From Cyanidioschyzon merolae (lineage: Eukaryota), in assembly GCA_000091205.1 (NCBI GenBank), contig AP006502.2: a stretch of 64,000 nucleotides of DNA. One strand, given 5' to 3'. Made by a program: the position numbers and the translations under genes. Below the pieces are notes generated by a model, which was not told the DNA's origin, ran no database searches, and saw nothing but the letters and a program-made list of their open reading frames with translations. Shown one piece after another: positions 10,969 through 21,255 of this stretch (the stretch's first letter is position 1; every line of letters starts with the position of its first letter).

Positions 10969-12126
10969 ATGGCCATGAAAGCAACGCTACGGGTGCGTAT
11001 GCGTCGACCGGATGACTGGCATGTCCACTTTCGCGACGATGCTATCTTGCGGGCTGTTGCACCGCTAACTGCGCGCCAGTTTGGGCGAGCACTGGTCATG
11101 CCGAACCTGGTTCCACCTGTTTGCACGGTGGCACAGGCGCGCGCTTATCGCGAACGCATTCTGGCTACCGTGCGAGCAGCAGACCCGGCGAACAGCTTCG
11201 AACCTTACTTGGCGCTCTATCTCACCGAGCGTACGAGCGTGGAAACCGTGCAACAGGCGAAAGAGAGCGGCTTTATTCTCGCTTTTAAATGGTACCCTGC
11301 AGGTGCAACCACGAATGCCGAACAAGGCGTTCGGTCGATAGAGCGACTGAACGCCGTACTGGCGGCTATGGAAACGCTAGGCGTTGTCCTCTGTGTCCAT
11401 GGCGAATCGACAGATCCTGCCGTAGATGTCTACGATCGCGAGGAGCATTTCATTCGCCATGAACTTGAACCCGTTCGAAAGCGCTTCCCTCGTCTCCGAA
11501 TCGTCGTGGAGCATGTTTCCACGGCGTTTGCGGCTAAATGGGTGCTCGACAACGCCAACGGGTACACCGCAGCGACGGTTACAGTGCAGCACTTGCTTTG
11601 TAACCGAAACGATCTGCTTGTCGGAGGACTCAAACCGCATCTCTACTGTCTGCCGGTTCTAAAAAGCGAGCAAGATCGTTTGGCGATAATCGAAGCTATT
11701 CGCCAGGATAACCGAGGTTGTTTTTTCCTTGGCACAGACTCGGCGCCGCACCCGCGCTTCCGCAAGGAGTCAGCGTGTGCCAGTGCGGGTTGCTTCACGG
11801 CGATTGCCGCCATGGAGCTCTACGCGGAAGCGTTCGCCAAAGCCGGTATGCTCGATCGACTGGAACGATTCGCTGCAGAGAATGGTGCGAGATTCTACGG
11901 ACTCCAGCCGAGCACGGAGTATGTTCAAGTTCTGAACTGGCCTGAGGCAGTGCGCACGATTCCCGAGTATGTCCTCGTCGACAGCGTCGCCGAGCGTGAG
12001 CCCCAGCGTACCCCCGAAACCCGCACTGAATCGATGCTAACGTCCACAACGCTGCAACCATTTCAGGCTGGTGCGCGTCTTATGTGGAGCATGGAGAGGC
12101 TGGGTATCTCCGATGCAGATCGCTGA
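10969..12126 (+). CDS. Dihydroorotase, class II (E. coli PyrC-like, monofunctional); pyrimidine biosynthesis step 3
   Basis: 385-aa ORF. It is collinear with E. coli PyrC: the N-terminal RRPDDWHVHFRDD (the HxH metal ligands) corresponds to IRRPDDWHLHLRDG. It also has VMPNLVPP, LCVHGES, VVEHVST, the carboxylated-lysine region AFKWYPAGATTN, LYCLPVLK and FLGTDSAPHPRFRKESACASAGCF. No obvious organellar presequence. Confidence 0.9.
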   Translation: MAMKATLRVRMRRPDDWHVHFRDDAILRAVAPLTARQFGRALVMPNLVPPVCTVAQARAYRERILATVRAADPANSFEPYLALYLTERTSVETVQQAKESGFILAFKWYPAGATTNAEQGVRSIERLNAVLAAMETLGVVLCVHGESTDPAVDVYDREEHFIRHELEPVRKRFPRLRIVVEHVSTAFAAKWVLDNANGYTAATVTVQHLLCNRNDLLVGGLKPHLYCLPVLKSEQDRLAIIEAIRQDNRGCFFLGTDSAPHPRFRKESACASAGCFTAIAAMELYAEAFAKAGMLDRLERFAAENGARFYGLQPSTEYVQVLNWPEAVRTIPEYVLVDSVAEREPQRTPETRTESMLTSTTLQPFQAGARLMWSMERLGISDADR

Positions 12127-15100
12127 GTAAACGAGGAATTTTGAAGCTAGGAAAGTTCGAAATGATGCGTAGGAATATCGATGAATGGAACACAACGATC
12201 GTCAACCAATTGTCGAGGAAACTCGTTACCAGAGGGTGTGCACAGGGCCGTCGCATTCTATCTCCCTTGGCTGCTGATTTGTTTCGCATCGAAAGTCTTC
12301 AGCGTTTCAGTGCAATGTCCAAACAGAGCACGAAACGAGCCAATGGAAATTTCTCTCGATGCAAAGCTGCTGGCCGCTTCGACTGCATAAGGCATTTCCG
12401 AATGCTGACCGCGACATTCAAGTTTCGGTGCAGAAAACGCTTCCACATATCGCTGCTTGTGGCGTGACAGCATTGCGAATCCTGTCGCCTTCGATTCGCG
12501 TGCCGCTTGAATTGCGCTCAGCTTACCGTACACCATCTCATGCTTCCGTCCGTATTTGACGCTCTTTTTCTCTACCTGTCACAACAACGCTCCCCTGCGC
12601 TCGTGATACGTGCATGCCGTCCTGAAGTTGCCGGTAGGAGTCGTGTAGAATCGATTTCTGGACTCGTTGTACGCTCTCGTTGGAGGAGCACGAGTGCAGC
12701 CTGCGCGTTCTGTAGCACCTCCATCGCCATAGGCTACCAATGAGCAAAGCGATGAGTCGGTTATTTCTTTTCCCAAAACTTTGAACAAAAATGATGAGTA
12801 TATATGGTTCTTGCCTCCATTCAGTGGACGTGGTCGGCGCTCGGAACGCGGCCTCACGAACTCCCTCCAATGAAGGTCCGCTTGAGGCGTTTAAAAGCGC
12901 TTGCACTCTCTGCATAATGTGTACAGAGCATGCCGTTCTGCTAATAGCGGAGCCCGTTGCGTCGAACCGGGTCCGAACACCGTCATTCCAATCACTGGTC
13001 TGGCTCCTGGTATCGCTCATGACTGACGCTCGACAACGCCGATCCCGGGGAGACTTGAGCCGCTTCAGACGCTTCTCGTTCACGTCTCTGGCACTGTCGT
13101 TTGATTTAGAGGCATGGCGACTGCCATGATGTACTGGAACACGGGACCCACGCTGCTAACGAGTTCTTTCTTTTCATCTGCCGCGAATGAATGAAAATGA
13201 GTCTCGTTGCTAAACTCAGGCCGATGCTTCGCAAACCGCGTGTAGATTGATATTCGAACAGTCTATATCCTGGTTGTACGCTTGTTAACATTTCCGGTTG
13301 GTGAACAAGTAAACTTGGAAGAATTCTGCTAATGCGCTTTGCGAAGTTGTCCGAGTGCTTCATATTTATGCGCAGAGACCAGCACCTGCATCGCCTGCTG
13401 CTCACCGCGGTTCCATGGATGTGATCGCTATACTCCATATTCGTGTTTTTCTCTAGATCGAGATGTACTGGTGGGCGTTAGGACCGGGACTTGCCTCCTC
13501 TGTGAATGTACATTTGGACTGTTCCCCGGGTACGTTAACGTCACCTTATGCGTCGCGTGCACGCGCTCGAGCCGCAGTCAGCCTTTTTGCTCCTGCTCGC
13601 GCAGCAGGATATCACCAGCAACAGGGCACGTCAGGGCTGGTGCAGGTGAACACAAGTTTCATCTAATGACGGTGATACGAATATGAACGACGTGTTTGTT
13701 GATCCTTGAATGTCGAACTGGCATTAGACGACAGAGAAGACCCATTGGACCGATGGGAACCGCACAGGGTCAGTTGGCACGAACAGCACATGCACCTCAA
13801 TCTCAGCGATGTATTCTTGGACCGCTTTTTATTGATGAGAAGCGACGTTGTCTAAGAGCAAGAGAGAAGAATCTGGCACGGGGAAGGCAGGAAGTGCTTC
13901 GACGACGAATGAGCTCCTGAGCCTGGCTTCCCGTTTCGGGAGTCGCACGCGACCACACAAAGCCATCCCGCTGGTGCTGATGTTTTTGGAACACCCGCTT
14001 GTCTCTTCTTTGCAACCAGCGGAATTTCTTCATTGTAAGTACCTATGTACAAGTCTTCCGTTTCTGCCGCATAGACTCTCATTGAATAAGACGAGAGCCC
14101 ATCGCTCGTTTCATGAGTGTTTGAGATTCGCCACAAAATTTCCAGGACGTTGTTGAATGCACTGCGGTCGCCCGTAAAAGCGTGCATATCCCTATGTCCA
14201 TCCTTCTCTCTTCATCAACGCCCAGATAAACGATACGCAGACTTCAGAGCATGTGGCAACTCTGGTAGAATTCTGTAGAGAACTTATGCTTGGAATCCAT
14301 TGATGTGGAGACGATCGTGTAGGCAGAGTTTCACAAGTTCAGATGTAGGTGTATGACGTCCTCGTTAAGGAGTGCGCGAAGCGTGGTTCTTCCACCCACC
14401 GCTCGTAGATTGGCGAACGCGTGGAATCAAGGTCGTTTTTCGCATATTTGCGGTGATAGCATAAAGTATCTTAACGAGCGCGCTCTCCAATCAACTGGAT
14501 AAATTCCTTTTGCTGAACACCTACGAAAACAATAAACGAAACAACGAAGCGTGTCGCCGCATGTCATCCATTACTGCAATACGCTTTGCGTATAGCGGTA
14601 ATCAAGGTGGCCTCTGGCGGCTTTCGCGTGCGTCCTTAGCGATGGTGAAGAGTCGAGGCTTTGAACCGACCAGCCACGTCGTGGACCGCAACAATGCGGA
14701 TACATCTGCCTTCAACGAGCATCATGTACGGGATCCATTCTTTATTGGATGTTCGGTAGAGCGATCGCACGGCTGGCGTGCAGTCCGGCTGATACCAGCC
14801 ATGCAACCACCAGCGAAACGGCACTGAAAAGCGCACATCTTACTTACACTACGTATCTGGGATGTAGGGTGGTAGTGCGTACCGGACCAGCACGAGGTAA
14901 TGTGCTTTGCGCAAGGACTGGGGCACGTCAACTGTTTTGGCGAATGTATCGAAAGATGCATCGCGTTGATGCCGGAAATGCTCTTCGAAGATTCAGAGCT
15001 TCCAACTGCTAGAGAATGCGCGCTATGAAACCAGCCATATACCCCTGTTCGCTGAAACCGAGGACCTCAGGAACACCGCCACGGCAAGCGGTTACGAGCC

Positions 15101-15259
15101 TGCGTCCGAATGTAACGCCAATGACGCGTCGGACTCGTGCGACCGGTTCATTTTGTACCACGCGAGCGCTCTAACCCAGTCACGCGACGATGCAATCGAG
15201 AAGCCGAATAATCGCTGGATCTTGAGTCACGAATGTAGGGAACACCCGCATGAACGCGC

Positions 15260-15820
15260 TCAGCGACGCGGACGTACGATGCGCGGTCGCACGCCCGGGA
15301 GGCCTCGTCGTTGGTTCGGATTCAGCATGAACAACTCCATTTGCTGTGCGTTTTGAGGCAATGGCAAACCCTCTTGCAGTCGCGCCCGGATCCAGTCGTG
15401 TAAGAACTTAGCTTGCGTTAGTCTATCCACTAGAGTCTCCACAAGGTGTTCCTCCTTGCCGATCGCCTGTGCCAGTGAACGCCGTTCCGCACGTCGCATC
15501 TGCAATAGACGCGCTTTCTGTTCAGCAGTTAGAAGCCGGATGAGCTCTTCCTGCTCATTTACATCTTTTAAAAACGGATCACTCTGGGCGTTCGAAAGTC
15601 GATTCCAGAGACTGCTGCCAAAGCCGGCGGCGTCCCGCAGTTTCCGCAAGAGTGCACCGTACTCGTCCGGTCCGAAACGCTCACACGCCGACAAGTGCTC
15701 CATTTGTGTACGGAACATGTCCTTTTCACGGAGCGCTTGTGTCTTTTCCTGTGTTCGCTCAAGCCACGAGCGCCAGAAACGAGCAGGGCCCGCTAACACG
15801 CCCCGTGTAGGACGCAGCAT
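15260..15820 (-). CDS. Hypothetical protein, coiled-coil/Arg-Gln-rich. Product not recognised.
   Basis: 186-aa ORF with codon usage similar to neighbouring genes. Long predicted helical segments (LIRLLTAEQKARLLQMRRAERRSLAQAIGKEEHLVETLVDRLTQAKFLHDWIRARLQ). I recognise no diagnostic motif. Confidence 0.35.
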   Translation of the reverse strand: MLRPTRGVLAGPARFWRSWLERTQEKTQALREKDMFRTQMEHLSACERFGPDEYGALLRKLRDAAGFGSSLWNRLSNAQSDPFLKDVNEQEELIRLLTAEQKARLLQMRRAERRSLAQAIGKEEHLVETLVDRLTQAKFLHDWIRARLQEGLPLPQNAQQMELFMLNPNQRRGLPGVRPRIVRPRR

Positions 15821-16964
15821 GTCGTGCGAACCAGACGCGGCTTCACGCCTCGTTCCTTAAAAACAACTACGACTCAAGGATACTAGACGGTACAGGCACA
15901 GCGTATAGAAACTCCAACACAGGCATACAAGTCGTTCGAAGCACAAATGCCAACCAACTTTTCGCTTAAGAACGCGAGTTGTACAAAAGCCCGTGCGCGC
16001 CTTCGATGGCGTTCAGTGAGGCGCGTTTGGTAAAGCACCCGCACGCTTCTGCGTGAACGCCTCGCCGCACGTTTCTGTTTCCCAGAACGTTTCCAGGGAC
16101 CATGGATGGCGGCTTTCGGGATGGAATTTGGCATTCATGAAAGCATCCATCATGCTACACCCCATGTTCAAGCTCCATCACTCATACGTTGCCATGGATA
16201 TTCTGGTCGTTTCATACGTTCTATCGTTCGCAGTGTGACTGACTTGCTGCACCCGCCTTGGTGCCTAGACTGCTGATGCGAATGCAGCACGGAGACGGAA
16301 CGGCTTGGCCATACCGCTGAAGGCGTCAGCTTGAGGCATCATTTCTATGGCATGGGGTCGTCGGAACTCATCCTTCTTCTGGGAGCCTGGAAACTGCGCA
16401 GACGGACACACTGCCTGCGATTACGCGAAGCGATACGCTAGGAGTCCACCGCGTCCAGGGCGACGCCGAGACGCAGCCTTACCACTCCGAATCCCAGCGT
16501 GAACTGCGTAATGGACGAGCTGCTCAGATCTCGTTCTATCGTCTGGCACCGCAGAGGCACCTGGAGCACGAACCCGGCAGACTCGTCCGGCTCGCCGGAC
16601 CTGCCGCCTAGAAGGTAAACAATCGAAAAACCGAAAAACGTTTCCCCCTTTCAACGCTCACCTCAGAGGTGCAACGAAATTCTTCTCGAATCGATCGCAA
16701 GTGTTTCGTCTCTGTTCCTCTTTGCCTAGCGGTAATGCCGTCGCATCGACGTGCTGCAATGCTGCACCACCACAACAACGACGAACGCGGACGCTCACGG
16801 CGGACTCGGCGCACAATACAACGTCAGAAACGACCAGTATGTCGACGCGAGCGATGGACCGTACAACTTGGAGGCAGCATGCATCATGATGGACGCGTCT
16901 CCCATCCCGGATGTTCATTGCGTTATCGGTGATCCGGGGCCGCGGCAAACGCACTGCTGCCGCC

Positions 16965-17200
16965 GCACGAAAGCATCCAGCGCCAGTGGCAGGCTGCATC
17001 GGAAAAGCACCCACACCCTGGGCGAGGAAAGCATCCAGCGCCAGTGGCAGGCTGCATCGGAAAAGCACCCGCACCCTGGGCGAGGAAAGCATCCAGCGCC
17101 AGTGGCAGGCTGCATCGGAAAAGCACCCGCACCCTGGGCGAGGAAAGCATCCAGCGCCAGTGGCAGGCTGCATCGGGAAAGCACCCGCACCCTGGGCGAG
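16965..17200. repeat. 58-bp tandem repeat, about 4 copies, ending roughly 115 bp upstream of the eIF2A start codon
   Basis: The unit cgccagtggcaggctgcatcggaaaagcacccgcaccctgggcgaggaaagcatccag starts at 16981, 17039, 17097 and 17155 with 1-2 substitutions. ORFs 16658..17221-, 16751..17299+ and 16911..17270+ are translations of this repeat. Confidence 0.9.
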
Positions 17201-17314
17201 TGCCGACGGCCTCGTTGCCATGCACGCTGCCCAGCGGCAGCGCTTGCAAGCTGTAGCGCGCTACCGGTGATACCACGCTGGGCTAGAGGCGTCCGTTGAG
17301 AGCGTTTTCAAGGC

Positions 17315-19129
17315 ATGGATAGCGTACCTCCAGTCGCGTCGGAGCTGTTCATTAGGAGTCGCGAGTCCGCTCAAATAGTGCGGTTGCGACGACTCGCGTC
17401 TATCGAGGAAGACGCAGCGCGGCTGCAGCTCAGCGCTGACGCGGGGCTCGACACGGCAACGAGCTTACCCGGTGTGCCACCTGGCCTGGCGTCGAGTACG
17501 GTAGCGCAGTTTTCACTACCTGACGGCAACTTGTTGCTCTGGGTCGACCCCGACACCCGAGCCTGTACCGTTTTTCGAGTTGGTGCCCCGGGCGAGCCGC
17601 TCGAGCCGGTGACCCGAGTCGGTGGCACTGCCCAGGACGAGTTTATACAGGATGCCGCCTTTTCCCCGTGCGGGGCCTTCTTGGTGACCTGGTCTCGGCC
17701 GCACGAACGTTTGGCAGACGGAAACTTACGGATCTGGCGGTGCGCAACTGGCGAAGCGGTGCGGGCGTTTCCGCATCGACACCACAGCGCTACTGCGTTT
17801 CCGTACGTCCAGTGGACAGCCGACGAACGGTATGCCTTGCACGCAGTCGCCAACGCACTTGACGTCTACGATGGCTCAAAGCTGGAGCAACCACCCTTGT
17901 TGCGCATCGCGATCCCTGGTCTTGTGCAGTTTGCCGTCGCGCCGGAGGCAGTTGCTGCTGCGGTCGGAGCGTTGGACCTAGCGTACGTCGCTACTTTTGT
18001 TCCCGAAAGTGCGAACGGGGCACCCGCTGTAATTCAGGTCTGGGCGATCGGGTCCAGCAGTGCCATTCGTTCTCGACATGGAGAAGTGGACGGCTTGCCG
18101 GCTAGCGGCAAAGAGGCGCGCTGCGCCGTTCCTGTTGCGAGTCGGCGAGTATACCGAGCACAACATGTAGAATTCTACTGGTCACCGAAAGTTTACGGTT
18201 CTGGTAGCAGCCCGTCACTGGTGATACGCACTAGTCACGATTACGATGTACATGGTCGCTCGTACTACGGCGAATCGAGCGCCCACTTCCTGTACCTGGG
18301 GAATAAATCGGAACAGAGCAGGGAGCCTGCCAGAGATCCGGCATCGATGCCGGAGGGACCCATCCACGACATCGGTTGGTCACCGACTGGACGCGAGTTT
18401 GTGATCGTCCATGGGACAACGCCGGCGCGGGCGACCCTCTTTCACGGGACAGGCACGGCAACCTTTGATTTTGGAACCGGACCTCGGAACCGTGTCTCTT
18501 GGTCACCACACGGGCGCTTCTTAGCACTGGCCGGGTTTGGCAGCATGTCAGGGAACGTGCAGATATGGGATCGGAACAAGAAGAAACTGATCGGTCAGTT
18601 TCAGGCCGAATGCACCACGCACTGGCAGTGGTCTCCGTGTTCGCGCTTTTTCCTCGTGGGCGTTTGTTATCCGCGAATGAAGGTCGACAATGGATTTCGC
18701 ATTTTCAAGTATGATGGCACGCTCGTCTATGAGCGCAAAATGCCCACCACACAGCTCTATCAGGTCGAGTGGCGAGCACGAGTCCCGGAGCAGTTTCCGG
18801 ATCGGCCAGTGTCTCCGCAGGTATTAACGAGTATGCGCAAAATGGCAGAGCAGATGACTGCCAACACGGATGCTTCGCAAAAGGGAAATGGTTCCGTCGC
18901 CAGTGCAGTAGCGGGAAACCAGACGCGTCCGAGTGGCGCCTATATCCCACCGCATCTTCGACGGCAGGTTATTGAGAACGGTGTTTCGATGCCCCCGCTG
19001 AAACTCCACGAACACGAGGCACCTCAGAGTCTCGTGTCTGGGCCGTTCCTGACCAAATCACAACGCAAGAATCGGAAGAAGAAAGAACGGGAAGCTCGGC
19101 AACAGCAGCAGGATATACCGTCGGTTTAG
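17315..19129 (+). CDS. EIF2A: Eukaryotic translation initiation factor 2A (eIF2A; WD-repeat/beta-propeller protein)
   Basis: 604-aa ORF. It contains the eIF2A signature block FDFGTGPRNRVSWSPHGRFLALAGFGSMSGNVQIWDRNKKKLIGQFQAECTTHWQWSPCSRFFLVGVCYPRMKVDNGFRIFKYDGTLVYER, near-identical in pattern to human eIF2A (FDFGTGPRNAAYYSPHGHILVLAGFGNLRGQMEVWDV...APRLRVNNGYKIWHYTGS). It also has SYYGESSAHFLY, AYIPPHLRRQ and a Lys-rich C-terminal tail. Confidence 0.9.
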   Translation: MDSVPPVASELFIRSRESAQIVRLRRLASIEEDAARLQLSADAGLDTATSLPGVPPGLASSTVAQFSLPDGNLLLWVDPDTRACTVFRVGAPGEPLEPVTRVGGTAQDEFIQDAAFSPCGAFLVTWSRPHERLADGNLRIWRCATGEAVRAFPHRHHSATAFPYVQWTADERYALHAVANALDVYDGSKLEQPPLLRIAIPGLVQFAVAPEAVAAAVGALDLAYVATFVPESANGAPAVIQVWAIGSSSAIRSRHGEVDGLPASGKEARCAVPVASRRVYRAQHVEFYWSPKVYGSGSSPSLVIRTSHDYDVHGRSYYGESSAHFLYLGNKSEQSREPARDPASMPEGPIHDIGWSPTGREFVIVHGTTPARATLFHGTGTATFDFGTGPRNRVSWSPHGRFLALAGFGSMSGNVQIWDRNKKKLIGQFQAECTTHWQWSPCSRFFLVGVCYPRMKVDNGFRIFKYDGTLVYERKMPTTQLYQVEWRARVPEQFPDRPVSPQVLTSMRKMAEQMTANTDASQKGNGSVASAVAGNQTRPSGAYIPPHLRRQVIENGVSMPPLKLHEHEAPQSLVSGPFLTKSQRKNRKKKEREARQQQQDIPSV

Positions 19130-20401
19130 TATATATGCAGCATGTGTCGTTGGAAGTTCACCGGGTCGAACGCGAACGCCACCGAAAGACCAAGCGAGCA
19201 GGTTGCGGACGAAAGGGGGCAGGGCTATTGCCGTTGCGCTTATCCTGCATCAAGAGGCCTGCATACAAACACACACAAAAGAATAGATACACACATACAC
19301 ACAGATGTGTTTTTATCTTGCTTCTGTGAGCACATGGAGCGTGGATCTGGTAGCTTGCCTCGTGTCTCGGTCGCGACTCGCGTCTCCAGTGGGAGTTTTT
19401 GCCTTGCTCGCCACCACAGTAGCTCGCTGTTGTCCTTCATGTTCAGCACACGCGACACTGAGGTCGGGCGTTGCAGCGGATACTGAGCTGCTCGATGAAT
19501 ACCCTCGTCCTGTTGTTAAACGCTTTCCAACACGTCAGCAGGCAACTTGCTGATGGGCGTTATGGGCGTCACGCTGCTCCATAAATGCCTGATTCTTTGT
19601 GTGAAACGCGTTCCATCATGTCCATGAGTGAAAAGCGGTGCACTGCGAAAACCCCATGGTCTCCAAGTACGATCCAGTGGCGACCGCTCCGCATGCCGTG
19701 CTTCCAGGATGATTACCCTGGTACGCACCTGCTGCGCTTGTTCGATGCCTCGTCGCGTACAGGCTCTTGCACTCGGTCGTCGGCATCGTCTGAACTCCAA
19801 GCGCACAGTTCGTCTTGTCGAGACGCGGATACATCGGGAGCAGGCTAATGCACCAGGCTACTGAGCCAGGCACGATAGCAGGGCACGCCCTGCCTTCACT
19901 GGATAGTGCCTCAACCAATTCTGTTCGTTTGATTCTAGGTCGCGTGTATAATCACCGGCGGGTGTTTCGCTCAAGATAGAACGGAAACGCTCACGAGATA
20001 GAAAACAAGCCTTGCAGCACGAGCAGCAGCAGCACAAGCAGCTTGCTTTCGAAGTCTATCTTGCAAGCCAAGGCGCTCTTGTTCCGGTTGTGCCTCGACT
20101 CGCAGCGCCTCCTGCTCGTGCTGGTGACGCTCGAGACGCTGTCATGACTGCACGTCTACTATCCAACATCTGCGTCAGTCGAAGCGGTACCCGAACACGA
20201 CAATTCGGTGCTCAATGAGGATCCAGTGCGGGCTCGGGCCGGCCTCGACAACACGTCCCAACACGCGACCACGCTCTCTTCATCGTCGTTGCTATCGCGG
20301 AGGCGTTGTCTCGAGCCGGTGCTGCTCAGAGGCGTCTGCGGAGGATAAGCGGCCTTCGTCGCGTTGGTCAGGTGCCTTCAAGCTGATCCAGTGCCGTTTG
20401 G

Positions 20402-21230
20402 TTCGCTTCGATAGCGTCTGTGTGGAACACGGTATTGTACATAGCGAGCCAAGTACTGGCAGGAAGGTAGGTGAATCTACAGTGGAGATCAAGTCGAGAA
20501 ATGCCGATGTGTCCATACCCATTTGGTGCAACGCTGAGACGCACACCACCCTGGATGTGATCGCTGCTGTGACTCGAGCGCAAGTCCGTATCCCCTGTCT
20601 GTGCAGACGGAAGCTTCTCGGAGCGTCTGGGAGCGTCTGGGAGCTTCTGGGAGCGTCTAGGAGCGTCTAGGAGCGTACCACGTTAGCGGTATCGTGGTGG
20701 TGCTGTCGGATATCGTGACGTCGATGGCCACCAAGAGCGGAGCATTTGCCTTTCGAGCGGAGTCGATTTTTCCACGACAAGTTGAGTGAGCGCTCAGCAG
20801 CAGACGCGTATGAAAGAACGCCCCGTCGAGCAACAATATCGAGTGTGTTTCGTCGCTCGTCTAGGAGCACGAATCGCTGCGCCCCCTAGTTGCGTTGAAA
20901 CACCCGGGCTCAACATTTGAGCCGTGCATGCCCTGAGCATGCTACGCGTACCGGAAAGAGACGCGTGGACGCTTGTACGTATGCACTGGCTACTGGTGTT
21001 GGTTCCCGTACGAGTGCTTGCCCGATGACGCTGCACATGATGGTGATTTCGGTCACATAACAACGTCCCGTTGCAGATAGCTCCAGTAGCCACGCCAAAG
21101 CACCGACCCGGACTGCCGACACCACCCCTGCATCCATCATTGCTGGTTGCTGCTCTCGGAATCCCAATGCTTTACATCTAAACGATTCAGAAAGCATCCA
21201 AACTCGGAATAAGCGCACATCATTCAATAT
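20402..21230. repeat. Dispersed repeat, copy A (about 829 bp), direct orientation relative to copy B
   Basis: It aligns base-for-base with 25898..26707 (ttcgcttcgatagcgtctgtgtggaacacgg ... gcgcacatcattcaatat). There are about 6 substitutions, a 1-bp indel, and 2 extra units of an internal imperfect decamer minisatellite (ggagcgtctg/ggagcttctg/ggagcgtcta) at 20611-20680. It lies between the 3' ends of eIF2A and COQ2. Confidence 0.9.
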
Positions 21231-21255
21231 TCCATTTTACGCCAAACCGCGCGTC

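Noticed and set aside
16658-17299. ORFs 16658..17221-, 16751..17299+, 16911..17270+ and 16923..17276- with repeated peptide motifs (GKAPAPWARKASSASGRLHRKSTRTLGEESIQRQWQAASEKHPHPGR)
   Set aside because: Generated by the 58-bp tandem repeat. 58 is not a multiple of 3, so frames rotate and give pseudo-repetitive proteins. No evidence of a real gene.
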